From Gammaproteobacteria bacterium (lineage in GTDB: Bacteria > Pseudomonadota > Gammaproteobacteria > Eutrophobiales > Eutrophobiaceae), in the NCBI GenBank assembly GCA_965116495.1, contig OZ220696.1:3456001-3520000 (forward strand): 64,000 bases of DNA. Reading direction: 5' to 3'. The notes under the pieces were generated by a model, which saw nothing but the letters and a program-made list of their open reading frames with translations, was not told the origin of the DNA and ran no database searches. Positions 1-8,621 of the stretch are shown in pieces (the stretch's first letter is position 1; each line of letters opens with the position of its first letter). Position numbers and translations under genes: made by a program.

Positions 1-437
1 GGAATATCGTCAACCTTGACCATACCGATAAAACGGCCGGGTTCGGTGAAGTTGTATTCAACATTGAATGAGCCCGTTCTCCTCAACTCTGAGGGGAGGT
101 AATAGACGGTATTCCGTTCTATATCAGTTTCACTGCCCAGGTCGTCTAATGTTGCGTAATTGCCGATATCGTTGACATCTTCAATGATACGGAAATCTAT
201 CGCCATATCCCGTAATTGATTATCGATGTAGTCCAGGACAATAATGGCGCTGCCCACGTTGGGTATGTCCTCGCAGAACTCTTCACTCTGGGTTTGCTCA
301 GGTTGGAAACCGGTAAAATGCATGAGATAAGGACCTGCCTTCAGCACGCACATATCATCCTCGATAGCCACGCCGCCGTGTGCCAGCACGGTCTGGGAGA
401 GAAAACTGCAGCAGAAAATAATCAGTAACAGGCGCAT
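1..437 (-). CDS. pmoD: PmoD/AmoD-family periplasmic copper protein (runs off the window's left edge; missing from the ORF track)
   Basis: Manual translation from ATG at 437: MRLLLIIFCCSFLSQTVLAHGGVAIEDDMCVLKAGPYLMHFTGFQPEQTQSEEFCEDIPNVGSAIIVLD... Signal peptide, HGG start and C..MHFTGxQP..EFCEDIP motif; lies directly downstream of xmoB. Confidence 0.85.
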   Translation of the reverse strand, partial: MRLLLIIFCCSFLSQTVLAHGGVAIEDDMCVLKAGPYLMHFTGFQPEQTQSEEFCEDIPNVGSAIIVLDYIDNQLRDMAIDFRIIEDVNDIGNYATLDDLGSETDIERNTVYYLPSELRRTGSFNVEYNFTEPGRFIGMVKVDDI

Positions 438-453
438 TGTATCTCGAAACTCA

Positions 454-504
454 CCTTGCCCGCCTGCCTGTTAATCGATCCGGATAACAGGCAGACGGTC
501 AAGG
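454..504. terminator. Long imperfect hairpin between xmoB and xmoD (terminator or RNA-stability element)
   Basis: CCTTGCCCGCCTGCCTGTTA ... TAACAGGCAGACGGTCAAGG arms; no clear U-tract. Confidence 0.5.
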
Positions 505-518
505 ATAACAGGGTTTGT

Positions 519-1748
519 TCAAATGGCAGTGAACGTCGGAATTAACGGACCGCCGAATGTCTGCTTATGGCGTTTACCGTTTTCATCATAGAAAAACAGC
601 ATGCCGCCGAAGCGGCTGTCCGGATCGTATATCAGCAACGCGAGGCGTTCCGTCTCCCAGGCGGCATCAGTTGCAACGATATTCAGGGTCCTTGTCTCAC
701 CCGGCTGTATGGGCGTGTCGCTGTCGACTTCCAGTCCGTTCAGGGCGATCAGGTCCTGGGGATACGGACCGACATCCGGGGCAACATCCGCGTTCAACCA
801 GCGGATAGATGCCGTCGCGAATTCACCCAGCCTTACCGGGCTGGTGGCCCCGTTGGTCACATTGACAGTCATCCTGACGCTGCGGCCGGGAATATCATAA
901 TGGGCTTCCTGCAATTCGACCTCAACCACATCCTCGTCGACAGGTAACGGGTTCAGCTCCATCAGGCCCGCCTGCAGGGGAACGGTGATCGGGAATTTAT
1001 CGATGGTGCTGAAGTAACCGTAGAATATTAACGCCAGCGTGAGAATTCCCAGTCCCATTCCTACTTTTCTATCCATGGGCGTAATCAGTTCATCTTCCCG
1101 CCCCTGGCGCAACAGGATATTCCTGCCGGCCAACAACGGTCTGCGCAGCCACCATACCAGCCAGAACGCGGCGAGGAGCGCCCATAATATGTGCCAGTTG
1201 CGTACCCTGCTCCAACCCCAGGTCTCAAGATCCACCGTTTCGCCTGTCAAGGTGGTCACGGGGTTCGTGAAGTCGGCAGCGTCGCCTGTTATCTCGACCC
1301 AGTTGCCCGGGCCGGCATTCGGTCCACCATCTTTTATATTGAGCATGGGATGGAGATGGTGCATGCCGGGACGGCGCGCCTTCATCACAATTTTATACTC
1401 GTAGTCCCGGCCGAGTTCGTAACTGGCGGAGCGCACCATCGGTTTGCCGTTTACCCAGACACCTTTTCGGACAAACACCGGACCGGGGACGTATACGTGC
1501 ATGAAAGCAACGTCGGGTTTGGCGATGGCTTCCGGCCAGCCGGTATGCAGGTGAAATTTACCCGACAGGACCACTTCCTCATTGACAGCCACCTTATCCG
1601 TGGACCATTTCGTATCGTACCATTGGACGCTGAGCATGCGCAGGAATGGTTCCTGGGAGCGTTCACCGTGGGCGTTCACCAGTGATGCAGGCGCAATCGA
1701 CAGCAGGATTAATGAAATAATACCCAGGTTTGTAATTTTACGTCTCAT
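519..1748 (-). CDS. pmoB: Copper membrane monooxygenase subunit B (PmoB/AmoB family)
   Basis: Signal peptide, then mature N-terminus HGERSQEPFLRM; HLHPM (CuB His pair); two central TM helices; C-terminal DPDSRFGGMLFFYD. Confidence 0.97.
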   Translation of the reverse strand: MRRKITNLGIISLILLSIAPASLVNAHGERSQEPFLRMLSVQWYDTKWSTDKVAVNEEVVLSGKFHLHTGWPEAIAKPDVAFMHVYVPGPVFVRKGVWVNGKPMVRSASYELGRDYEYKIVMKARRPGMHHLHPMLNIKDGGPNAGPGNWVEITGDAADFTNPVTTLTGETVDLETWGWSRVRNWHILWALLAAFWLVWWLRRPLLAGRNILLRQGREDELITPMDRKVGMGLGILTLALIFYGYFSTIDKFPITVPLQAGLMELNPLPVDEDVVEVELQEAHYDIPGRSVRMTVNVTNGATSPVRLGEFATASIRWLNADVAPDVGPYPQDLIALNGLEVDSDTPIQPGETRTLNIVATDAAWETERLALLIYDPDSRFGGMLFFYDENGKRHKQTFGGPLIPTFTAI

Positions 1749-1818
1749 TTTATCTTCCTCGTATTTTCATCAACTCAGTTTATTTTTACACTTGTTATTC
1801 AGGTCGCGGCAGGGTGAA

Positions 1819-2565
1819 TCAAACCCTGCCTTTAATGAACTTGACCGAAGCGACAAGTTTTGCAAACTGGTTGAAGACAAAATAAACGAGAATGCAGGCA
1901 AAGGCGCAGAAAAAGGCCGACACCGGTGTCACGTCCTGGCCGAACGTTCGCAGTGTTCCTTTCTCTATTATTCGAATATATTCCGGCGTACCCGTCCGGA
2001 TATATTCAAACCCCTGCACATCAGCAATCGACATCAGGACACCGTGATAATCGACGGGCAAGTGGAACGCGCCCAGCATATACCACTGGGATGGATAAAA
2101 CAGGATGCCCCATGACCAGGCTCCCAGTACGGCAGTCAGCACGTAGCTGTTGGTAAACATCAGGACCAGATCGAGAATGATGGCGCTGGGGAGCAATGTA
2201 CCGGGCCAGACAAAATTCAACGGATAGTACACCCAGCCGGCGAAGTTGTTGACCCTGTCAATCCACTGGCCCAGCAACAGGCACACCACCATCAGGGTGG
2301 CGCCAAAGGGGACACGGCAATGCTGCCACAGGATATACTGGCCCACAACGGGAAAGACAAGGGTGGACAGCGGAACGACGAATAACCACCAGCGGCGGTC
2401 CTTCCAGTCAGTCCAGAAAGTCCAGTCACCGACCGATAACATCTGGTGCAGGTGGTGGATGCCGGTCAGCAGGGTTAAGAAAATAAAAACGAGGATATAG
2501 TCAAATGCTCGGTGTACTCGATAAGCTTCTGCATAGGAATCAACGCCAGGCGCCACTGTTCTCAT
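1819..2565 (-). CDS. pmoA: Copper membrane monooxygenase subunit A (PmoA/AmoA family), divergent
   Basis: GDWTFWTDWKDRRWW and YIRTGTPEYIRIIEKGTLRTFG motifs; multiple TM helices; GGGGGAG RBS. Confidence 0.97.
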   Translation of the reverse strand: MRTVAPGVDSYAEAYRVHRAFDYILVFIFLTLLTGIHHLHQMLSVGDWTFWTDWKDRRWWLFVVPLSTLVFPVVGQYILWQHCRVPFGATLMVVCLLLGQWIDRVNNFAGWVYYPLNFVWPGTLLPSAIILDLVLMFTNSYVLTAVLGAWSWGILFYPSQWYMLGAFHLPVDYHGVLMSIADVQGFEYIRTGTPEYIRIIEKGTLRTFGQDVTPVSAFFCAFACILVYFVFNQFAKLVASVKFIKGRV

Positions 2566-2617
2566 AGCTACTCCCCCTTCGTCAAAAAATCAGCCATAGT
2601 TTACTTCTTTGTTTACG

Positions 2618-2657
2618 AAAAAAAAACCGCCGGCGTGTAACCTAAGCCGGCGGTTTC
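2618..2657 (-). terminator. Rho-independent terminator/attenuator after xmoC
   Basis: AAACCGCCGGC...GCCGGCGGTTT stem followed on the minus strand by a run of about 9 T. Confidence 0.8.
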
Positions 2658-2670
2658 TCACACAGCTACT

Positions 2671-3495
2671 TCAGTCCACCATATCGTGGTGATGCGGCAT
2701 GGGCTCATTCGTTATTTCCTTAGCTTCGAAATTCGTAAGCTGGGTTATACGATACATGAGTTGCAGCATCAAGCCACCCAGGGCAAGACCGGTCCAGGAC
2801 AGAGTCACAAACCCCCAGTGCAACGGGGCGCTGAACAACTCTTCCATAAACCAGAATGTGTGGCCCCATTCATTCAGGCCGACATTCGGCAGAATGAGAA
2901 AGGGTCCGACAACCGCAATGGTATGAGGTAATGAAATACCCTCTGCGAACTGCGGCAGCCTGGTTCTGGCATAGAGCCACGAGCCTACACCCAGGATGAT
3001 ATATACAGGGAAGCTCAAGTAGAACAGAATGATATGGCTGGGCGTGAAATCGGAATCCCGAATCACGGTCTGGTGCCATGCACCGTCCTGCTCCGCGAAG
3101 TAACTGGCAGCCCAATATACAGCATAGGTGTAACAGGCCAGCCACACCAGCAGCTTGAAGTGGCGACGGATCTCTTCCATCGGCTCCAGTTGGTCAAGGT
3201 GGCGATCCCTGGTTTTCCAGAGATAGCCCCAAATGCCAAAAGCAGCTATCGCGCCAACGGCAACTTCCGCATAGAACAGACTCATCCAGTAAGCCTGGAA
3301 ATCCATAGAGAAAGAGTCCAGACCTTTAGTCCATGCGAAGACCTGCTCATAGATTCTGACCGCGACATACATCAAAGTGATGAATGCCACACCAAAAAGC
3401 CAGTGAGCGCCGTTGATGATACCTTTAAAGCTGGTGAGGATCGGCTTTGGCTGATCTGCCTGATATTGAGCAACCGCTTCTGTAGTTGCTGACAT
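2671..3495 (-). CDS. pmoC: Copper membrane monooxygenase subunit C (PmoC/AmoC family)
   Basis: EQDGAWHQTVIRDSDFTPSH (D/H/H CuC ligands) and PNVGLNEWGHTFWFMEELFSAPLH (N/H/H CuD ligands). Start set at ATG 3495 (MSATTE), preceded by a GGAGGA RBS. Confidence 0.97.
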   Translation of the reverse strand: MSATTEAVAQYQADQPKPILTSFKGIINGAHWLFGVAFITLMYVAVRIYEQVFAWTKGLDSFSMDFQAYWMSLFYAEVAVGAIAAFGIWGYLWKTRDRHLDQLEPMEEIRRHFKLLVWLACYTYAVYWAASYFAEQDGAWHQTVIRDSDFTPSHIILFYLSFPVYIILGVGSWLYARTRLPQFAEGISLPHTIAVVGPFLILPNVGLNEWGHTFWFMEELFSAPLHWGFVTLSWTGLALGGLMLQLMYRITQLTNFEAKEITNEPMPHHHDMVD

Positions 3496-3659
3496 AAGAT
3501 ATCCTCCTAACTTAAGGTTAAACAACAATTTGTCGACAAATCATCGTCCTTATCCGAGGCCAGCGGTGCAAAAATACAATCGCCCCCCCGGCGCATAATT
3601 TCCAGAGTTTCAGCCGGTTAAGACTGATTTGGATAACTATGGATAACGACGATTAACAA

Positions 3660-3689
3660 AGTATAGTGTAACGGGTTTGAGAGAGTCAA
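3660..3689 (-). promoter_or_regulatory. Sigma70-type promoter of the xmoCABD operon
   Basis: Minus strand TTGACT-N18-TATACT, about 165 nt upstream of the xmoC start. Confidence 0.6.
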
Positions 3690-3787
3690 GTATTTTTTGC
3701 TATTTTTTTGCCGGTTTTTCCATAACTCCGCAGTTTATTGAACTTATACAGCCGAATCAATGAGTTAATGGGACATAGTGGGGAAAA

Positions 3788-4981
3788 CTACCGATAAACA
3801 ACGCGGTAAACCATGCCGGTATAATCGTCCGAGATGTAAATTTCTCCGCCGATGCCTTGCGCCACGTCGACAGGCCGGCCTATGACGTCCTCATCGATTT
3901 CGAAACCGCTGGCGAATTTGCGTTCCAGTATGCCGCCATCTTCCCGGAAATGCAGGGATACGACTTCGTAGCCCTGGCGTTCGCTCCTGTTCCATGAGCC
4001 GTGCAGCGCCACTAACAGCGCCTGCCGGTAATTTTCCGGTAGTTTGCTGTTACGCAGGAAAGCCATCCCAAGCGGCGCCGTATGTGCGGCAAAGCCGTGG
4101 ACCGGCGCAATACTCCCCCGTATTTCGGCTGTCCTGTTCCCGCCCAAATCAGGATCGGGAACCCTGTCCCCGTTGGCATACGGCCAGCCGTAAAAACCGC
4201 CCCGCTCAAGCAGATTGAGTTCGCACGGTGGATAGTCATCGCCCAGGAGATCACGGCCGTTATCCACGCCGTAAAGTAACCCGGTATCCGGTCGCCAGTC
4301 GAAACCGACCGTATTTCTCAGTCCGGATGCGAAGATTTCACTTCCGGATCCATCCGGGTTGAAGCGTAAAATCGCGGCCCGGCGCGGGTCGTTTTCGATG
4401 CAGACGTTGCAACTTGAACCGACGGACACGTAAATCAGTCCATCCGGACCGATCCTGACGCTGCGGCTCCAGTGATTGCCTCCCCGCGGCAATCCGCTCA
4501 CAATCTGCTCATACTGCCCGGACGTTGAGCGGTTGTCACTGTCAAACCTGATCCTGCCGAGGGCGTCGGTTTCGGCAATAAACAACCAGCCATCGTGAAT
4601 ATCCAGACCGTGGGGGCGGTCGAGGTTCGAGACGAGGTCGATTTGGCCGTCGCTTTTCCCGTCACCGCCGTCATCCCGCTGCAACAGGACAACCCTGCCG
4701 GAGGCCGGTAAACTGACCAGTACATCGCCGTTGTTCGTAACCTCGAGCATGCGCGCGCCGGGCAGTTCTTCTGCAAAGACGTTAATATGGAAACCCTGCG
4801 GCAATACAATCCTGTCGGCCAGCAGTTGATCATCCGGAGAATTTATGCCGGCAGGATTGAACGGCGCGTTTGTAGCAAACCGCTCCGGCAGGAACAGCCA
4901 GAACAGGAGCGCGGCCACACCCAGGAAAAATAAATCTCTTAAAAGCCGTTGCAGTCCCCGCATAAAATCTCTAATGTGCAT
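3788..4981 (-). CDS. PQQ-dependent sugar/L-sorbosone dehydrogenase family beta-propeller protein
   Basis: N-terminal TM segment; GPDGLIYVSVGSSCNVC, ASGLRNTVGFDW, HTAPLG and GRPVDVA motifs. Confidence 0.85.
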   Translation of the reverse strand: MHIRDFMRGLQRLLRDLFFLGVAALLFWLFLPERFATNAPFNPAGINSPDDQLLADRIVLPQGFHINVFAEELPGARMLEVTNNGDVLVSLPASGRVVLLQRDDGGDGKSDGQIDLVSNLDRPHGLDIHDGWLFIAETDALGRIRFDSDNRSTSGQYEQIVSGLPRGGNHWSRSVRIGPDGLIYVSVGSSCNVCIENDPRRAAILRFNPDGSGSEIFASGLRNTVGFDWRPDTGLLYGVDNGRDLLGDDYPPCELNLLERGGFYGWPYANGDRVPDPDLGGNRTAEIRGSIAPVHGFAAHTAPLGMAFLRNSKLPENYRQALLVALHGSWNRSERQGYEVVSLHFREDGGILERKFASGFEIDEDVIGRPVDVAQGIGGEIYISDDYTGMVYRVVYR

Positions 4982-5105
4982 TGATAGGCCGGAGACAGAA
5001 TGTGTCTGTCCCCGCAGGTGTTATACAGCAAAGGCTGCCTAAAATATATTATTCATAATATTACTTTATTATCCTTAATGGTACACTTATAATGTTTGAT
5101 ATCTG

Positions 5106-5193
5106 GGGTCAGAGTAAAAATTGACGGAGACAGCGGGGGACGGACTTAAAATCAGTCCCCGGCATGCCGGGGACTGTGTTTTTACTCTGACCC
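5106..5193. repeat. Nested palindromic intergenic element (GGGG(T/A)CAG family)
   Basis: GGGTCAGAGTAAAAA / TTTTTACTCTGACCC outer inverted repeat enclosing the perfect 24-bp palindrome CAGTCCCCGGCATGCCGGGGACTG (5153-5176). Confidence 0.75.
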
Positions 5194-5235
5194 TGACTTT
5201 TTATTGATAATTTTGTTGCACACAGGAGACAATTC

Positions 5236-5358
5236 ATGGGCGGTATGATTCATTTTCTTGAACTGCTACGCACACCCGTTGGCGCCGCGGTCGGCTTGGT
5301 TGTGGTTGTGATGTTTGTGTTTTATATCAAGTGGCTGCTGGCCGAACCGGAGGACTAA
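5236..5358 (+). CDS. Small single-TM protein (40 aa)
   Basis: AGGAG RBS; MGGMIHFLELLRTPVGAAVGLVVVVMFVFYIKWLLAEPED*; below the ORF-track length cutoff. Confidence 0.6.
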   Translation: MGGMIHFLELLRTPVGAAVGLVVVVMFVFYIKWLLAEPED

Positions 5359-5429
5359 TAAAGCAGTTGCGGTTTATTGTCGACGCCATGAAGGATACCT
5401 GCCCGGTTAAGAGCAGGCAGTTCGGAGAT

Positions 5430-5963
5430 TTACCAGGTATCGTCTATACGCTCTTTTATCATGTTGATAAAAGCTGAAACGCCCGCATCTGCCGGGTCCT
5501 TCGGAATGATAAGTGCGGTGTTCGTATCGATATATACGAATGCATAATCGGGAAGTTCATCAACGCGCATGATTTTATCCCATCCTATCGTCGAGCGCCC
5601 GCCCGGTGAAAATTCAACCAGGGCAGATTCCTTGACATGCATTTTGTGAGTGCCGTACATATCTTTTTTTTCCAGCTCCGAATAGTGTTTTCGCACTGAT
5701 TTGCGGTAAACATCCTTCAGGGTCCGAGGTACGATCAGGCTCCATAACAGTGCGGTGGCAACCATCCCGGCCACAAAGAACGGTTCTCCTCCCCGGTGCC
5801 AGGCATAGCCGGCAAGCAGGACAATACCCACCGGCCACAGGATTCGGTGGCGTTCCATTGCTTTTTTCAGTTTTGGCACATATTGCGCGTGGTGTTCATT
5901 AAAGGCAGTAAGCGATCTTTCCGTGATTTCAAACTCTATTTCTGCCAGGATCGGTTCTTTCAT
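5430..5963 (-). CDS. YcxB-like membrane protein
   Basis: Two TM helices plus C-terminal W.kI..v.e...y.fvy.....ALIIPK pattern. Confidence 0.7.
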   Translation of the reverse strand: MKEPILAEIEFEITERSLTAFNEHHAQYVPKLKKAMERHRILWPVGIVLLAGYAWHRGGEPFFVAGMVATALLWSLIVPRTLKDVYRKSVRKHYSELEKKDMYGTHKMHVKESALVEFSPGGRSTIGWDKIMRVDELPDYAFVYIDTNTALIIPKDPADAGVSAFINMIKERIDDTW

Positions 5964-5983
5964 TTTGGTTTAACGGTATTGTT

Positions 5984-7570
5984 TCATAATCCCAGATTTT
6001 TAAGATGCAGGTCTATATCATCCTGGCTGAACCCAATTCTCTCTGCAACCAGTTCGGCGTGGCTGAACTCTGAAATTCCGTCCGTCAGGATAAACGTCGG
6101 ATTGTCGTTCTCCAGGTAGAATTTATAAAAGACCCCGGCGTCCCGTTGTTCCAGCATCAGGGCAAGGTCGTGATTATGGGAGACAAGGACCGTCGCATTT
6201 CCCAACCTGATGAACCCGTTCAGTATCATTAACGCGATTTTGGTTTCTTCCCGGTGTGAAGTGCCTTCCGACAACTCATCCAGGATCACCAGGCTTTTTC
6301 TGGTTGTTTTGAAAAATATTTCCCTGGTGCGTCGTAGTTCGGTGCCGAACCGGCCTTCTTCCTCCAGTATGGAACCTGCATCAGGGGCCTGGTAACAAAT
6401 TCTGTCTGCAATACTGAGCGTTCCGGAGCGCGCAGGGATGACACTCCCTGATTGCGCCATGATTTGTGTCAGCGCCAGTGTTTTACAGAGCGCAGTTTTG
6501 CCGCCGCTGTTCGGTCCGCTGATGAACACGAGCGACTTCTCCCGGTTATCGAAATCATTCGCAATATATTCCTCGTTATCGAAACCCAGCACCGGGTGAG
6601 TTACCTTGCCCAGGCTGATTGTGCACCACTCTGTGTCGCGGATATCAGGGATACAGGTTTTGTTCCTGTTGGCCGCAAAGTAACGGTAGAAACTCAATAA
6701 TTCATCCAGTTGTCCAAGTCCCTGTACTGCATGTTCAACTTCACCTGCTGCTACCAATGCTTTTCTGAACGGGTAAATCACGTGATCCCGGTCAAGTGAG
6801 CCGACCACCGGCAGGTAAAGGAAAATCGTTATAAACATGAAAAACAGCGTCACGCTTGCCGACATGGGGTTTAACTGGAGATAGATGGGGATGCTGTAAA
6901 ACAGCAACGCCAGCGAAAGGATGATACTGAGCTTGAACGGGGAGGACTTGAAACGAAAGGAAAACAGGCCTCTCTGACTCCTGGGCATGATACGCCCCGG
7001 CAGCAAGTACACGGGAGCAGTCAGCAGTTCATAACTGGTCGTCGATTTGAAGTCTTTCAGCCTGGATATTGCTCCTGTCAGATATGAAGACCTGGTCTCG
7101 GGCAATTCGTCGATTTTTTCAATTACGGATGGCAGAAAACGGATCCCGTAACGAAAACTGGCATAGCCGTAGCCCTGAAATTCCACCCGTGTTCCCGGGT
7201 CGGAGAGCAAGCCTATGAACCTGCCGAACAGCAGGCGGTGGAAGTCATTCTGGTACCTGCTTGCGGCTTCAAATACACGTTCAAGTCCTGAGCGCAATTG
7301 CTCATTTTCGATTATCTCACGGGAGGCAGCCTGCTTGTCCTCGATATGGCCCAGATCGGTGCTTGGGTTTCCCAGGCTGTGGCTCAAGGTAATCCGGCCG
7401 GCCAGGGTTTTAGTGTCGTCCATAAGACGATTCAATTTGTCCAGCTCGATCAGGTCATAGGTCTTGCCGTCTATGTACATCGTATCGGGCTCTTCCGAAT
7501 AGAGATAGTCGCGCGCACTGACCTGCTTTTGTGTCAAGGCATATCTTGCTTTGAGCAATATGGATTTCAT
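5984..7570 (-). CDS. MutS-related ATPase (domain V only) with TM segments
   Basis: GPNSGGKT Walker A, ILDELSEGTS Walker B, SHNHDL; hydrophobic hairpin near aa 215-260; no mismatch-binding domain I. Confidence 0.8.
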   Translation of the reverse strand: MKSILLKARYALTQKQVSARDYLYSEEPDTMYIDGKTYDLIELDKLNRLMDDTKTLAGRITLSHSLGNPSTDLGHIEDKQAASREIIENEQLRSGLERVFEAASRYQNDFHRLLFGRFIGLLSDPGTRVEFQGYGYASFRYGIRFLPSVIEKIDELPETRSSYLTGAISRLKDFKSTTSYELLTAPVYLLPGRIMPRSQRGLFSFRFKSSPFKLSIILSLALLFYSIPIYLQLNPMSASVTLFFMFITIFLYLPVVGSLDRDHVIYPFRKALVAAGEVEHAVQGLGQLDELLSFYRYFAANRNKTCIPDIRDTEWCTISLGKVTHPVLGFDNEEYIANDFDNREKSLVFISGPNSGGKTALCKTLALTQIMAQSGSVIPARSGTLSIADRICYQAPDAGSILEEEGRFGTELRRTREIFFKTTRKSLVILDELSEGTSHREETKIALMILNGFIRLGNATVLVSHNHDLALMLEQRDAGVFYKFYLENDNPTFILTDGISEFSHAELVAERIGFSQDDIDLHLKNLGL

Positions 7571-7608
7571 GAAAGAACGTGACTTTTAATCGTTAGCGGG
7601 ATATGCAG

Positions 7609-8184
7609 TCAGTATTTATCCGGTTTGCCGGTTGTTCTGGTTTTTTTCCACTCCTTGTAGGCTTCCGCTGCCAGGTTATAGTCCAGGTAACCCAGAGTTA
7701 ACCGGTACAGCTCCGCATCTCCTGCGCCAGGTTGTAAGGGCGCCTTCGTACACTCCAAGGAAACGGAGCGTTTCGTATTTCGCTGGAGGACCCATTTATC
7801 ATCGGCATCGTTAATTATTGCTTCACCTTTTGTGTAATATTTCTGCATTAACTCATCCGCCAGGCCATCAACCAGGGTGTCGCAGGCAGAGCGGGTCAGG
7901 TGCGCGCCCGTCATGGCGTTGATCTGGTAGATCCTGTGAGACCCCGGCGTCACGGTATAATAATATTTTTCAAATCGAGTGTCCGGAGAGGGCGGTGTGC
8001 CGGCATCAATACTCTTGAGTTCGGATAAAAAAGTTTCGCCGAGCCCTTCAGGCCGTTCGCCAAATGAGAACCCGAACGCGCCGCTCAGCAAATCGTCACC
8101 CGGCCCGGACTGAGTGCAGGATTGCAGACTCAGGATGGACCACAAAATTAAAAAACACAGGTTGATTTTGTTCGGCTTCAGCAC
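7609..8184 (-). CDS. Putative lipoprotein, function unknown
   Basis: Probable GTG start at 8184, downstream of the yqaA stop; lipobox-like LSLQSC. Confidence 0.5.
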   Translation of the reverse strand: MLKPNKINLCFLILWSILSLQSCTQSGPGDDLLSGAFGFSFGERPEGLGETFLSELKSIDAGTPPSPDTRFEKYYYTVTPGSHRIYQINAMTGAHLTRSACDTLVDGLADELMQKYYTKGEAIINDADDKWVLQRNTKRSVSLECTKAPLQPGAGDAELYRLTLGYLDYNLAAEAYKEWKKTRTTGKPDKY

Positions 8185-8189
8185 TTTTT

Positions 8190-8600
8190 CTATACAAGGA
8201 AATATATCAATACGGAGTAACGTAACGCTTTTCCCGTGATAATGAAAGCCGTTGCCCGCAGCACAGGGAGCCTTAACCAGCCTGCGGCGAAACAGAATGC
8301 GTCGCCGATAACCGGCAGCCAACTGAACAACAGGGTAAAAATTCCCCATTTCTGCAGCAGGCCGGTTGCCCTGGGGTTATGTAGTTTTTCGGCATACCGG
8401 ACTGATAATCCGTGTGCCGGGAAATAGCCGATAATATAAGTGGTCAATGCCCCCAGCGTGTTCCCGATCGTGGCAACAGTCCCCAGCAAATAGTATGAAA
8501 TACCTGAATTTAACACCAGGTATGCCAATACGACCTCAGATCCACCGGGGGCCAGGGTGGATGAGATAAAAGCACTGATGAATAATCCCCAAAGCTCCAT
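8190..8600 (-). CDS. YqaA/DedA (SNARE-associated) membrane protein
   Basis: LFISAFISSTLAPGGSE, GNTLGA, SWLPVIGD and GKALRY motifs. Confidence 0.85.
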   Translation of the reverse strand: MELWGLFISAFISSTLAPGGSEVVLAYLVLNSGISYYLLGTVATIGNTLGALTTYIIGYFPAHGLSVRYAEKLHNPRATGLLQKWGIFTLLFSWLPVIGDAFCFAAGWLRLPVLRATAFIITGKALRYSVLIYFLV

Positions 8601-8621
8601 GTGTGCTGGCCGGAATTGAAA

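Noticed and set aside
519-3495. Calling the operon definitively methane or ammonia monooxygenase, or pxmABC
   Set aside because: Substrate cannot be determined from motifs; the order is CAB rather than ABC; no methanol dehydrogenase or hao gene is in the window.
3788-4981. PQQ protein as the alcohol dehydrogenase partner of the CuMMO
   Set aside because: It belongs to the sugar/sorbosone dehydrogenase family, not MxaF/XoxF/ExaA, and xmoC has its own promoter.
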